From: the human T2T-CHM13v2.0 reference genome, Homo sapiens
Length of the DNA: 64,000 nucleotides
Strand: one strand, 5' to 3'
Assembly (NCBI RefSeq): GCF_009914755.1
Contig: NC_060927.1
The position numbers and the translations under genes were made by a program. The notes under the pieces were generated by a model that saw only the letters and a program-made list of their open reading frames with translations, searched no databases and was not told the DNA's origin. Below are positions 1 to 15,539 of the stretch, one piece after another (the first letter of the stretch is position 1; each line of letters starts with the position of its first letter).

Positions 1-3600
<3,600 letters not shown>

Positions 3601-3601
<1 letters not shown>

Positions 3602-4326
3602 GAAAATGTAGCCCTCTTCTTTCCATGTCATAGGCTACACTTTGACCTAATGTTTTTATGCAGCTACTTGCGCTTACTTTGAGACCTTTTTAGGGTTTGC
3701 TGAAGATGGCAGTATATAGGCTGAGTTGCCAAGAGATAGTGGGATATGTCAGGGTTTAACGATTATAGAACAGGCTCCTTTAGAGGAGTATAAACCTTGG
3801 CCATGTCCTTTGAGTTTTAAGCTCTTGCTTGTAATACTCTGGTGAATAATTTTGTTTGTTAAATTATTTAAGTTTAAGGCTAAGCATAGTGGGGTGTCAA
3901 AACCCAGTTTGGGCCTTAGCCATCCTATTCATAGGGCATTAACCTCACTTTCGTAGTTTATTTTTATTTTAGCTGGCACTTTCTCCAGATTAAAGTTTAG
4001 CTTTATTATGGGAATTAACTTCAAAGCACTTTATGCTGCTTTTTATTAGTTCAGGTTAATCATATGACCCTAGTGGCTGGGTGAAATTTACCAACCCAAG
4101 AAGTTTAACTGAGTCAACCTTTTGTTTATTGCTTAATTTTTATCACTGCTGTTTCCCATGGCAGAGTGGGTGGGGGTGGTTGAGCAAGGTGTTATGAGCT
4201 GCTGTTGTATGCCTGATACCTGATCCTTTTAATACTCTGTTTATGTAGAGGTTATCCTTACTGGAATATGGATGCTTGCATGTGTAATCTTACTGAAAAC
4301 TAATAAAGTCCAGGAGCGAGCCTTTG
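3601..4326 (-). pseudogene. NUMT: mitochondrial 12S rRNA pseudogene (5' about 725 nt)
   Basis: Reverse complement contains 12S hallmarks: AGTAAGATTACACATGCAAGCATCC, CCCAAACTGGG...CCCCACTATGCTTAGCC, GCCATCTTCAGCAAACCCT, GGGCTACATTTTCT; spacing matches mtDNA. Confidence 0.95.
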
Positions 4327-4397
4327 TGTTTATGGAGCTATGAGAACTCATCTAGACATTTTCAATGCCTTGTTTTAACATATTAAACCACATCAAC
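4327..4397 (-). pseudogene. NUMT: mitochondrial tRNA-Phe pseudogene (anticodon GAA at 4361-4363)
   Basis: Minus strand GTTGATGTGGTTTAATATGTTAAAACAAGGCATTGAAAATGTCTAGATGAGTTCTCATAGCTCCATAAACA, 71 nt, directly upstream of 12S as in mtDNA gene order. Confidence 0.9.
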
Positions 4398-4665
4398 TCA
4401 GATCTAGAGAATTTCCACTTGGTTAAAAAATGGTAAGCTAAAGTGCCATGCTTGTATTGAGGCAATATTTAATAACCTTATAAATAAAAAGATGGATTTT
4501 TAACCCAGAAAACTTGGCTTTTATTAAAATATTATGTTTTTGAAATTGCTTTAATGGAGAGTTTGGCTAAAATTTGGTTCTAGTGAGGTTATAATTGAAT
4601 TTGAGGTGTGGGTCCTGGCTATAATAGATGATATAAAGATTCTTGTTTTGTGTTTGGCAAGAATA
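4398..4665 (-). other. NUMT: mitochondrial control-region remnant including CSB-III-like block
   Basis: 4641-4662 reverse complement TCTTGCCAAACACAAAACAAGA resembles CSB-III (TGCCAAACCCCAAAAACAAGA), about 245 bp upstream of tRNA-Phe; outer boundary uncertain. Confidence 0.7.
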
Positions 4666-6625
4666 AAAGCTTGTTTAACTGTATTAACTTTGATAATTAT
4701 TCTGTAAAAGCTGTGGACAATTCACTGACTTTTGAAATATGTTACTGTATGTAGACTGTTAATAAAATAGTGTTAATGTACTGAAATATGAACTGTATCC
4801 AAAGTATTGATAATTATATATAGAGTATTCCTGTTTATCTGTAACTATCATCCTGACAAATTACATACAATAAATACATCTGTATGCTGTTTTTTTCTGT
4901 CTTGAAAAGATTCCATACTCCACCTACTCACATATTTCATAACATATTCTGAAATTACAATCACGCTACCTACAAAGTATCTGTTTTTTTACTTTAATGA
5001 TTATTATAAAACTAAGCCCAGAATTGAACCATTACTATTCACTTTATATTCTTTTAACAAAGATTAATGAGGACTTACATGGAAGCTTTGATAAGCATGG
5101 AACAATGTTCCTGCCCACAAAGAACTCTTGTTCTTTCTCTCTCATTAAATATATACTTAATATATATACAATTATATTATACATAATATATATACACACA
5201 CATTAATATAAGTCATCAATATATCTAATCATTATGAGAAAAAAATAAAATATGCTCAGAACACTGAGAATGGTTTTTGATAGAGACAACTGGATAGATC
5301 TCTGTGAAGAAAAAATGTTCAAGTGAATATATTAACAAAGTCAGGGAGTAAGCTGTATGAAAAACTGGGGGAACATCATCAGTAAAAATGATGGTGAAAC
5401 CACATTATGAGAAACATAAGAACCTTGGTGAATTGAACCAAGATATTCACTAAAACAAATTGTTAAAATGAGATTCAACAAGATCAAAAGCATTAATATG
5501 TTCTTATATATATATCCCAGTGTTACTGAGTAAAACAATTGATTCTGTCTTATCTAGGATTTTTAAATGACTCAAAATCCTTGAAGTGTTACTCACTGAT
5601 AAATGAAACATCTGCCATCACTATCTCATCTTATTTGTCAAGCAATAAAAAAGAGAATAATTTTTGAAAGCCACTTGAAGTTATTTAGAACTAATTAAAA
5701 TTTTAGAAAAAAATATGTCTTTGTTTAAACTAAACCATTAGAGTATTAGGTACTTGAAATTGAGAAAACATGAAGACCATTAAAGTCTAAACCAGAAGGC
5801 TTATTCCAGCTGCTGTTATCCCCTGACATTCTTTCACTGACTGTACAATTATACATTTCTTATCATCACAATATCTGCGTGTACATACAAAGATGGTTCA
5901 GTCATTTGTTTGCTGATTTACATCACATTTATTTGTATTTAATTTTTTTTACCTTTGTATGAGAGATTAACTGTGCCACTGACCAGTTCAGTGCATATAT
6001 AGGCACATTTTAAATAAAGACAATGGATATTCAAGACTGAAAAGGGAGTATAAAAAGGAAAAGTGAGTATTTATAAGAAAAGTATTGTAAAAAGAACAGA
6101 AGTAAAAATTGACTACCTTCTCATACATCCAATGTAAATGAATATAAAGACCATATTTGGAGCAGAAACACTCCTATAAGAATTTGCCAGATTTAAAGTG
6201 TGAATGAAATGGAATAGGCAGCTAATAACAAAAAATAAAGAAATAGGAAAATAAGCAGATAATAGCAGCATCTTAAATATAGACCATACAGTGTTTCTAG
6301 TTTAGGGTGATGGACATAATGTGTTCATTCACACTTACAAAAGTGCCATAAAAAGGTAAAATTTGATAACATAAAAAATAGAAAGGATCCCTCAATGAAT
6401 CAGATAGTTTAAGAACGTTTTGTAAGATGAAAGGCACATAGAATGTGATGGGTAAACTCTTGAGACAGTAAGCATTCAAAATCTATATGAACTGGAGGAG
6501 CAAATTTGTTCTGCAAAATCTTGAAAAGGCTAGTGACTCAGAAACCATCAAGTCTGATAGATGGAAGGTGTGAGATTTACATCTGTAATCATAATTAAAG
6601 ATTAATAAATTAAACCTCTCTCTAC

Positions 6626-6628
<3 letters not shown>

Positions 6629-6672
<44 letters not shown>
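6629..6672 (+). repeat. (AC)22 microsatellite
   Basis: Perfect dinucleotide run. Confidence 0.97.
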
Positions 6673-6673
<1 letters not shown>

Positions 6674-6699
6674 AGGAGATTAACGCCAAGAAACTCATT

Positions 6700-9600
6700 G
6701 AGGTTCCTTGCTACAAAAGTAGAATAAAAATTATCTAAGAAGAAATTGTGTGAGTAATGTAGTTATTAGTAACACAGGGAAATTTCCTAACTCCCTAATT
6801 TACCTACTTATGGACCCCAAGCTTAACATTTATTTCCTCAGTTTACAGAAAATCGTATCAGATGCTGCAGTGCAAATAGTTTTACCAATTTAATTGTTAA
6901 TTATAAGATATTGAAGAATCACAAGACACCAGAGAAAAGCCTGCAACATGAAGGGGAAACGCAAAATGAACATATTAGAAAAATTATTCCTTAGAAAACA
7001 AATTATTCAGCAAACATGGAGGAACAATTAAGCAAATGCAAAGAGTTCTGATTATTATCTTAGATTTTTTGTTTGTTCTCATATTTCATCCATTAAAGAA
7101 GTTTCTGTGAATAGGACAAAAAATGGTCCTAGAAAAATTTTTTTAAGTGACTGCTGAGAATATCTACCAAAAACTTAGAGGAATAAAGCAAAGAAATACA
7201 AAATATATTGAATAGGAGTGATGAGAGTAGATGTTTTTGTCTTATTCTGGTTCTTGGGGCAATAATTCCACCTTTTGTCTGTTCAGAAGGATGTTCACTA
7301 TGGGCTTCTCATTGATGGCTCTTATTATTATGAGGTATGCGCCTTTGATGCCTAGTCTCCTGAAGGTTTTTAACATGAGGGGATGTTAAATTTTTATCAA
7401 AAGCCTTTTCTATGTCCATTGAGATATCATGTGTTTTTGGTTTTTAGTTCCATTTATGTGATAAATCACATTTATTGATTGCATATGTTGAACCAATCTT
7501 GCATCCCAGGAAGAAAACCTCCGTGATAGTTGTGGATTTGCTTTTTGATGTGCTGCTGCATATGATTTGCTAGAATTTTGTTGAGAAATTTTACGTCTAT
7601 GTTCATCAGGAGTATTGGCCTTAAGTTTATTTTCTCGTTGTCTTCCAGATTTTGGTATCAGAATGATGCTGGTCTTACAGAATGAATTATGGAGGAGTCC
7701 TTCCTCCTTGATTGCTTTGGAGTAATTTCAATGTTATTGGTACCTCTTTATATGTGTGGTAATATTTGGCTGTAAATTCATTTGGTCCAGGGCTTTTTCT
7801 GGTTGGTAGTTTTTTTAAAATCACTAATTTTTGAACTAATTATTGGTCTGTTTACAATTTTAATTTCTTCCTGGTTCAATCTCAGGATATTGTATGTTTC
7901 CAGGAATTTATCCATGACTTCTTGGTTTTCTAGATTGTGTGCATAGCAGTGTTCTTAATAATCTCTGAGGGTTTTATGTATTACTGTGAGGTCAGTAGTA
8001 ATGTCACCTTCATCATTTCTGATTGTGTTTATTTGGATACTATCTCATTTATTTTTGTTATTAAACTAGCTAACAGTCTATCCATTTTATTTTTTCTTTC
8101 AATAAACCAACTTTTAGTTTTGTTGTTTTTTTTGGTATGGATTTTCATGTCTCAATTTCATTCAGTTTGGCTTTGATTTTGGTTGTTTCTTTTCTTCCAC
8201 TAGCTTTGGGGTTGATTTTATCTTGTTTTCCTAGTTTCACTAGGTGTGATGTTAGGTTTTTAATTTGAGATCATTCCAACTTCTTGATGTAGGTATTCAG
8301 CATTATAAAAACTTTTCTCTTAAAACTGCTTTAGCTGTGTCCCAGAGATTCTAGTATGTTGTATCACTGTTTTTATTCATCTCAAAAAATTCACTTTTTT
8401 CTGCCTTAATTTTAATGCTTAGCCAAAAGTCATTCAGGAAAAGATGTTTAATTTTTATGTAATTGTACAATTTTGGGAAAAAAACAACTTGTTTATAATC
8501 TCAAAATAAATAAATAAATAAAGACTACCTTTACAATAGAAATATTTTACCATCTTACTTAACATAGAAACATGGCTTAATAAACATTGATTAAAATAAC
8601 TGAATGTCTGAAAAAATAGAGATCTACAGTTATAAGAAATGATTAAATATATGTAAAATACTTCTGATGAAAGAACAGTACTGCCTTATTTCTAGAAAAT
8701 AATCTTCTGTTGTGTTGTTACTTATTATATTTGTGTAACTTCATTATTCCTATAACTTCAAATTCCAGTTACAACAAAATAACCATTGTTGCCTTGCTTT
8801 ACAAAATGCTGTTTGGTATACATAACCGTTCATTTGTCTTTCTGGTTTTCTTTCTCTAGATTTTATCTTTCTGGGATTTGAATAAACACATAAAAGTTTT
8901 AAAAATTAAAAATATATACTAAACGATAAGATAAAAAGGATCAATTGATACAATTGAGAAGGTCCAATTCCTCACAGATATGAGTAAATAAAACAACTAT
9001 CAAAGAACAACAGCAACAAAGGAGAATTGCTTCAAAGTAAAAACTTAAATCATAGATGGAAAGGGCCACTGTGCACCAATTACAATGAAGGAATATCATT
9101 CAGTACTGCACATTCTTGTAACATGTAATATTATAATTGATGAAATAATCATCAAAAACCCAGAAACACATAAAAATAATTATCCATTAAAAGATCTATC
9201 AGTTATACTAGTTAGAAGAGCACAATGAAGTTATTACTTAATATTGGGGGGAAAAACAAAAAACAAAAACAAAACCCTCTGATTTCCATCCCAGGATTCC
9301 ATATTAAGTGAAATAACAATGTTTGGACTGATTTATAGGTGATTTATGACATAAAACAATTTAAAGTATTATTTTTTATTTGCCATTTTTTAAATTTAAA
9401 TAAGAAATTTTTCAGGAAAACAAAAGTATATCAAATGAAAGCAAGACACAGGATCTAAGAATTAATGACTACAATTTAGGAGGAAAATGAAGGAAAACTT
9501 AAGTGAAACAGTAGGGTTAGAATTTCATGTACTTGATCCTCTCCTGAAATTATAGAAAATATCATTTTTAAAAAAATTGAATCTCAGAATGACTAAGCAA

Positions 9601-10250
9601 GGATATGATATATTACTAGAATCTTCAAATAAAATAAATAAGTATTCAACTAAATAAGTATATGTGATATGATACTTAGTAAGATCGTTTTCATTTCCAT
9701 ATCAATGTAACAACCATTGAAAAATTTTAAAATTTTAGAATAAAATTTGAACCAACCTTTAAAAATACCCTTAATTATAGTTACAGAATTTGAAGGAAAT
9801 GATATTAATCATAACAAGGGAAAAATAGCATACATAATACCCAAGTTAGGAGTAAAAAAAATGTGAGTTTTGCTGAAATAAATTGAAGAGACTAAAGTGT
9901 TTATTTTTCAAAGTAGAGACAGGAGAAAGTATCTATGGTTGAAAAAACAGTAAGTAGTAAAACTGTTAAAGTTCAAAAGATTAAAAACAGAGGTATAAAA
10001 TAGTATTTCAGCTTTGTAGCAAGAGAAGCACGGGAAGCACATAAATAGTATACATCAACATAGTATGAGAAAGTCAATAAAACTATAAGTTACAAAAAAA
10101 TAAGGGAGGATGGTATTATAAACATATTTTAGGTATATATAAAATGTATAGTTAAAAGAGTTTAAGAAAGATGAAAACTTCTCTTTTTTTCTAGCTCTTA
10201 CCCATGTATTACTTTGCTCAATTTTAAATGAATTAAAAATACGTTAAAAA
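6700..10250 (+). mobile_element. Highly decayed HAL1 / ancient L1 ORF1-type element, split by the insert at about 7205-8915
   Basis: A-rich sense strand; AGATGGAAAGGGCCAC and AAAGCAAGACACAGGATCTAAGA...TTTAGGAGGAAAATGAAGGAAA resemble recalled HAL1 consensus; boundaries approximate. Confidence 0.5.
7204..8476 (-). mobile_element. Older primate L1 (L1PB/L1PREC-like) ORF2 fragment, antisense
   Basis: Reverse complement is colinear with about 290-1550 of this window's own L1, with many substitutions and indels. Confidence 0.9.
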
Positions 10251-13200
10251 TGCTTCAGGAAAGATTTAGTGTAGCTGAGAAGTTTAAATTCAATTGTTAC
10301 ATGAATAAATAAATTCTCCTGTACCTAGAATTTTCCATTTACTCTTTGTTTTTAAACTTTAACATGTGGCCTCAGTAGGGCTAATATTAAATATCATGTT
10401 AAGAAAAATTTGGCTCAATTGAATTAATGACATTAGATACATGGTTGTCAGCTTGGTTGATACCAAATTATTGGCTAGTGTGGGACTCAAGCTTTTTAAG
10501 ATATCTTACCCTGGGTAACCATTTGTGTATCCTTGAATAATTGATACATGAAATAACAGGAAAACGTAACAGAAAAAAAAATCACTATGCATTTAGATAT
10601 GGCGGTAAATAATGAGCAATAAGGAAGCTGACCTGTATAAAACATTTTACTTTAGGAAAAATTATGCTATAAGTGAATCAGGTTTTGAAAATTTATCAAA
10701 TATATTTTAAAATGTTGTTATATTTACTTATTTTTCTGAGTTCTCTGCCAAAACTGGTATCTGCATATTATGAAATTTGGTTTGTGATGAAAATTATAAC
10801 GCTTGCTACATTTCAATATTAAAGCACTTAGTTTTAGAAAATAAAATACTTTTCTGCAGCCTTCAGAAACAATTACTTTTCATGAGTCGACAGAGTTTTT
10901 GATTGAGTCTGTCAGAAAAACTTGCAAAGTTATCTTGCTGTAATAAATGGGATACTCAGATTCTAATTTCCATAAAAATAGATTTTAGAAAATAACAATT
11001 CTGGGATTTATTGAATTTTCTAGCAAAGACTTGTAATTATCTCATACATAAACCAAAAGTAGTGCTTATTACAAGTGACAATTTTAATCATTTGCTGATT
11101 TTGTTGATGTTTAAAGCTGTATTTGCAGTTTACATTTAAATGACAAGATTTTAAATTTCTTGTTAGAAATCTTTATAAATATTGCATAGAAAATGTAGTG
11201 GTTTTCCATAAGAATTTATGCAATCGCATACAAGGTTAATTTTTTTTTCTTTTGATCCTGGAAAGGCACTAGGTAGCGTTCTCTTGAGATGTGAAATTCA
11301 GAGTATTTTCTTTCCTTTCTTGCTCCACATCCTTTGATATTTCTGGCTCTACAATTCACTGCTCCCCAAATTATCTGAACTGATACTTGAAATGCAGCTC
11401 TTACTGTAGCAATGAGAAAGTTAGAACCAGGGAGAATTTTAGGATGACTTCTTGAACACAATAAAGTATTTAATAAAGTAACTAATAAAAATGGGCCCAA
11501 GTATAAACTTTCATCCACCCCTTTGCTCACTTTTAAGAATCCAAACATATTAACATATTATAAACTTCCGTATAATTATTCTGCATGTTTTCTAAATTCA
11601 GGTGTGATGTGCTCTATTCGAATGACATGTAAAGTTATAAAATTTGAAAATTAAATAGAAAAATATATGCACAATTCATCTTTCCTTTGATAGGTATAGT
11701 GATCTATTTGTGATATTTTTCAAAATTGTATTCATTTTCTCAAAGGCATGTTGTAGAATTCTGGGCTGGTTAATAATAAATAGAAAATAAATTTTAATGA
11801 AAAACTAGTAAAATTATTTCCCCCATAAGTTATTGAAATAAAATAGGGTTTCTAAGCCATATTTGAGTTATGGTAGTTGTAAGCATTATTTTTAGAGGCT
11901 TTGACAACAAAAGGTCAAGTAAAATATTGCTGATACATGTTTTCTTTCTTTGTTTCTCTCTTGCAGATTCACAACACATAATAGGTAACTTAAAGGATCT
12001 GAAATACTTTATAATAAAAACTACTTACATTTTAGTGTCAATAATTTAAAAAACAAAGACAAGATTTATACACTTTGGAACTGACATTTTAAAAATTACC
12101 TATTTACACTATTTCGAATAATTTTTCTTAGCATTAACTATAGCAAAGTAGAAAGTATAGTCAGTGAGTGCAAACACCTATTGGACTTCATTTCGTCTTT
12201 CATCAACGATCTAATGGCAACTCAAATTGTAAGATTTAGCAACATAATACATAGCAAAAATTTTGAATCCATACAAGCTATTCTTAGTCTATGGTTCTTG
12301 ATGCAGTATAACTTGTACTAGCTATATTTTTACAACTTGGCGAATAACTGCTTGGCAAATAAACTTTAACTTGTTATCAATTCCTAATGCCCACCATCTG
12401 CCTTGTTCATTAAGAACTGTGAAGTTTATGGGTAGTCTTATAACTATGTGATCATCAGTTATCTCTGGTGGCCCAGATCAGAAACTTTCTTACTTTTAAA
12501 ACTGAGTATTTTGAAATATTCTTAAACGTTTTACTTAATTTTAAGCTTAACAATTCTCAATCTAGGATAATTATAATCTTTGGTCTTTCATTTCTTTTTC
12601 ATTTCATTTTCTTCTTACCTTTCTATTAACTCCCACCCATCAAAAAGCAAATCACACATCGCATTATTTGATTGGACCATATATTCAACATTCTAAGCAT
12701 GCATATGAAAAAGGGTGACATTTACTTACATTCCAACTTCAGATGTTTTACTAACTTTTCATATTACACAGACCAACTCTGAATTACATCCTAGATTGAT
12801 TTTACAATGTATACGTATTCAATTCTGCATTAACTAGTTTTCCGACAGGTCAATAACACCATTCCCTTTAATTTATTTTAAATTAGATATGCATAAAAGT
12901 ATACATTAAGAGAAAACACTTTGTGGTTAATGTGTAAGTTTAAAAAATAGTAAAATTTGATTGCTCTTAGATGTCAAAATAGTTTGACATTGTATTTTTC
13001 TGGATTGAGATGCTGATAAAGGATTTAAAGATATCCCCAGTAGATTTGTAAAAGCATATGAGTTTAAAAATTAAAAATATATATTTACTTGTTATATTCT
13101 TTGAATATCACAATAAGAAGGTTACCCTTTCAATAAGTGTTTATAGATTATTGAATAGAGGCAGACACCCTGAACTGCACCTTGATTAGAGAATTTTATA

Positions 13201-13809
13201 GAAATATGATTCATATAAAAAAAGATTTAAAATTTTTAGAAAACCTTGGAGGTCATTATCTAGCAGCTTTTGGCATGTGATTGATTGCTTTTTGAAACAC
13301 ATTAGAACCCCTTGAGCAGAAGCAATGTTAAAAGCTTAAGTCTAGACATGAGGTCATTATAGTTCAGTATCATATTCTATGGGGGAAAAGTGATATACTG
13401 GTAATTAAAACATAGGTACATATTGACAGAAATTTCCACTGAAAATGTACTATTCTTACTTGAAGTTATCATGATTCCTGAATCCAAAGATTCATGTCTT
13501 TAGATCAACCTGGAAAATCATGCACTTTTATCTCTTTAAGTAATAATTAGCCTCAATCCACTCTACTCATTATTTATAGACAACTATTAAATTTATATTG
13601 ACCCCGCTTACAGCTTGAAACTGATTTATGTTTTCTCACCTCCAGGATTAACATGAATACATTGTTTTGTCTCCTTTCATGGGAGTCAGCTAGGTTACGC
13701 CTTTGCCAACATGAAAAAGGCCTGAGCCTGGCAATTATGGCAAATTAGCAGCTGTAGAAATGGTAAAACCTCACGAAGTAAGCATGTGTACTATTCTAAA
13801 TAGAATTTG

Positions 13810-14530
13810 AATTAGTTGGTACTTTTGTTTTCAGATAACAAGGAAACTCACTGCCAATTGGTGATTTAAAGAAAAGGGTATTTACTTCAATAAGTTACAT
13901 CATTTCATAGTTTACATGTTTCAGAAATGGGTTCTTGCCATTAGCTTTGTTGCTTTCTCTTTTTTTCATTTCCATATTCAGGTACACCTTATGCTTCATA
14001 CTTTCACATGTCATCAGATCTAATCCTCTCTACATCTTTCACCTCTTCATCTTTTGACTAATTCCCTGGCATGGTGACATAGTGAAAAAATGGTAGCAAG
14101 TGGGTAGGCCTACATCCTTTCAGGTGTAATCCTAGAAATAAAAAAGAAAAATAAAGAAAGAGAATAGGAAGTAGAAAATTTTTAAAAGAAGGTATTTTTT
14201 TTCTTACAAGCTTTTATACATGTCTAAGATTAGTTTTGATTGAAATATTATAACAGTTATGTTTCAAATGATATAATATAAATCAACGTGGCCAGAGTGA
14301 CCTAATTTTATTTTTTGAACAAACACATGTCACATGTCTACTCCTGAACTAACAACTGTGGTTATGGAGTATTTGTGCTCTCTGACACATGCCAGGGTCA
14401 CATACAGCAAACTTGGAGCTACAGGTACAGTACCATCTGGAATATATGAACTCAAAGTGGGCAAGATATAGTTCCCAAAAGATATTTCAGACACTCCTAC
14501 TAGGAAATGGAATCACTGTTAGAAAAGCAA
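13810..14530 (-). mobile_element. Old MaLR LTR (MLT1J/K-like), decayed
   Basis: TTAGTTGGTACTTTTGTTTTCAGATAACAAGGAAACTCA start and GGGTCACAT...CTTGGAGC motifs typical of old MLT1. Confidence 0.45.
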
Positions 14531-14719
14531 AATCAGTATATGATCACCTTAGTAAGATATTGAGGTAGTTAAACAAAACCTATTAGTTTAAATTTACAAG
14601 TATATTAATATGTATTATAAATTTTAATGGAATTCAAAATTGGTAAAGTGTGAAGTTAATATATTTATTACATGTCAAATTTAAATATATGCTTATGATA
14701 GGATTCATTATTCTTTGCT

Positions 14720-15081
14720 AAATGTTCAATTTTCCTTCCTGTCTTGCTCTTTTTTGAAGCAAGATTACATAGACCTGCCCTGGAGACTTCAGGGTTGACT
14801 TGTTTGGCCAATGAAATGTGATCAGAAGTGCCATATGCCACTTCTTGGCAGAAGCTTTAAAGCTATTGCACAATTTTCCCATGTATTTTTTTCTTACCCA
14901 CAATGATTTTGAATGCACCCAGATAGAGGATGAGTACTGGAATGAAGATGAAGTGCAGCAAGATGAGATTGATATGCACAGACTTGCTGTTTGAGTAAGA
15001 AATAAACATTTGTTGGTATAAGCCACTAACAGATCTAGGTTATTTATTTTTGCAGCACATTGGTGAAAATTTGGCCAATAC
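14720..15081 (+). mobile_element. MLT1I/J-type MaLR solo LTR
   Basis: GACTTGTTTGGCCAATGAAATGTG...GAAGCTTTAA core, GAAATAAACATTTGTTGGTATAAGCCACT and AATACA terminus. Confidence 0.7.
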
Positions 15082-15125
15082 AATATTATCTCTTTTAAAA
15101 ATGTTTATCAATAACTTTTATGATC

Positions 15126-15539
<414 letters not shown>

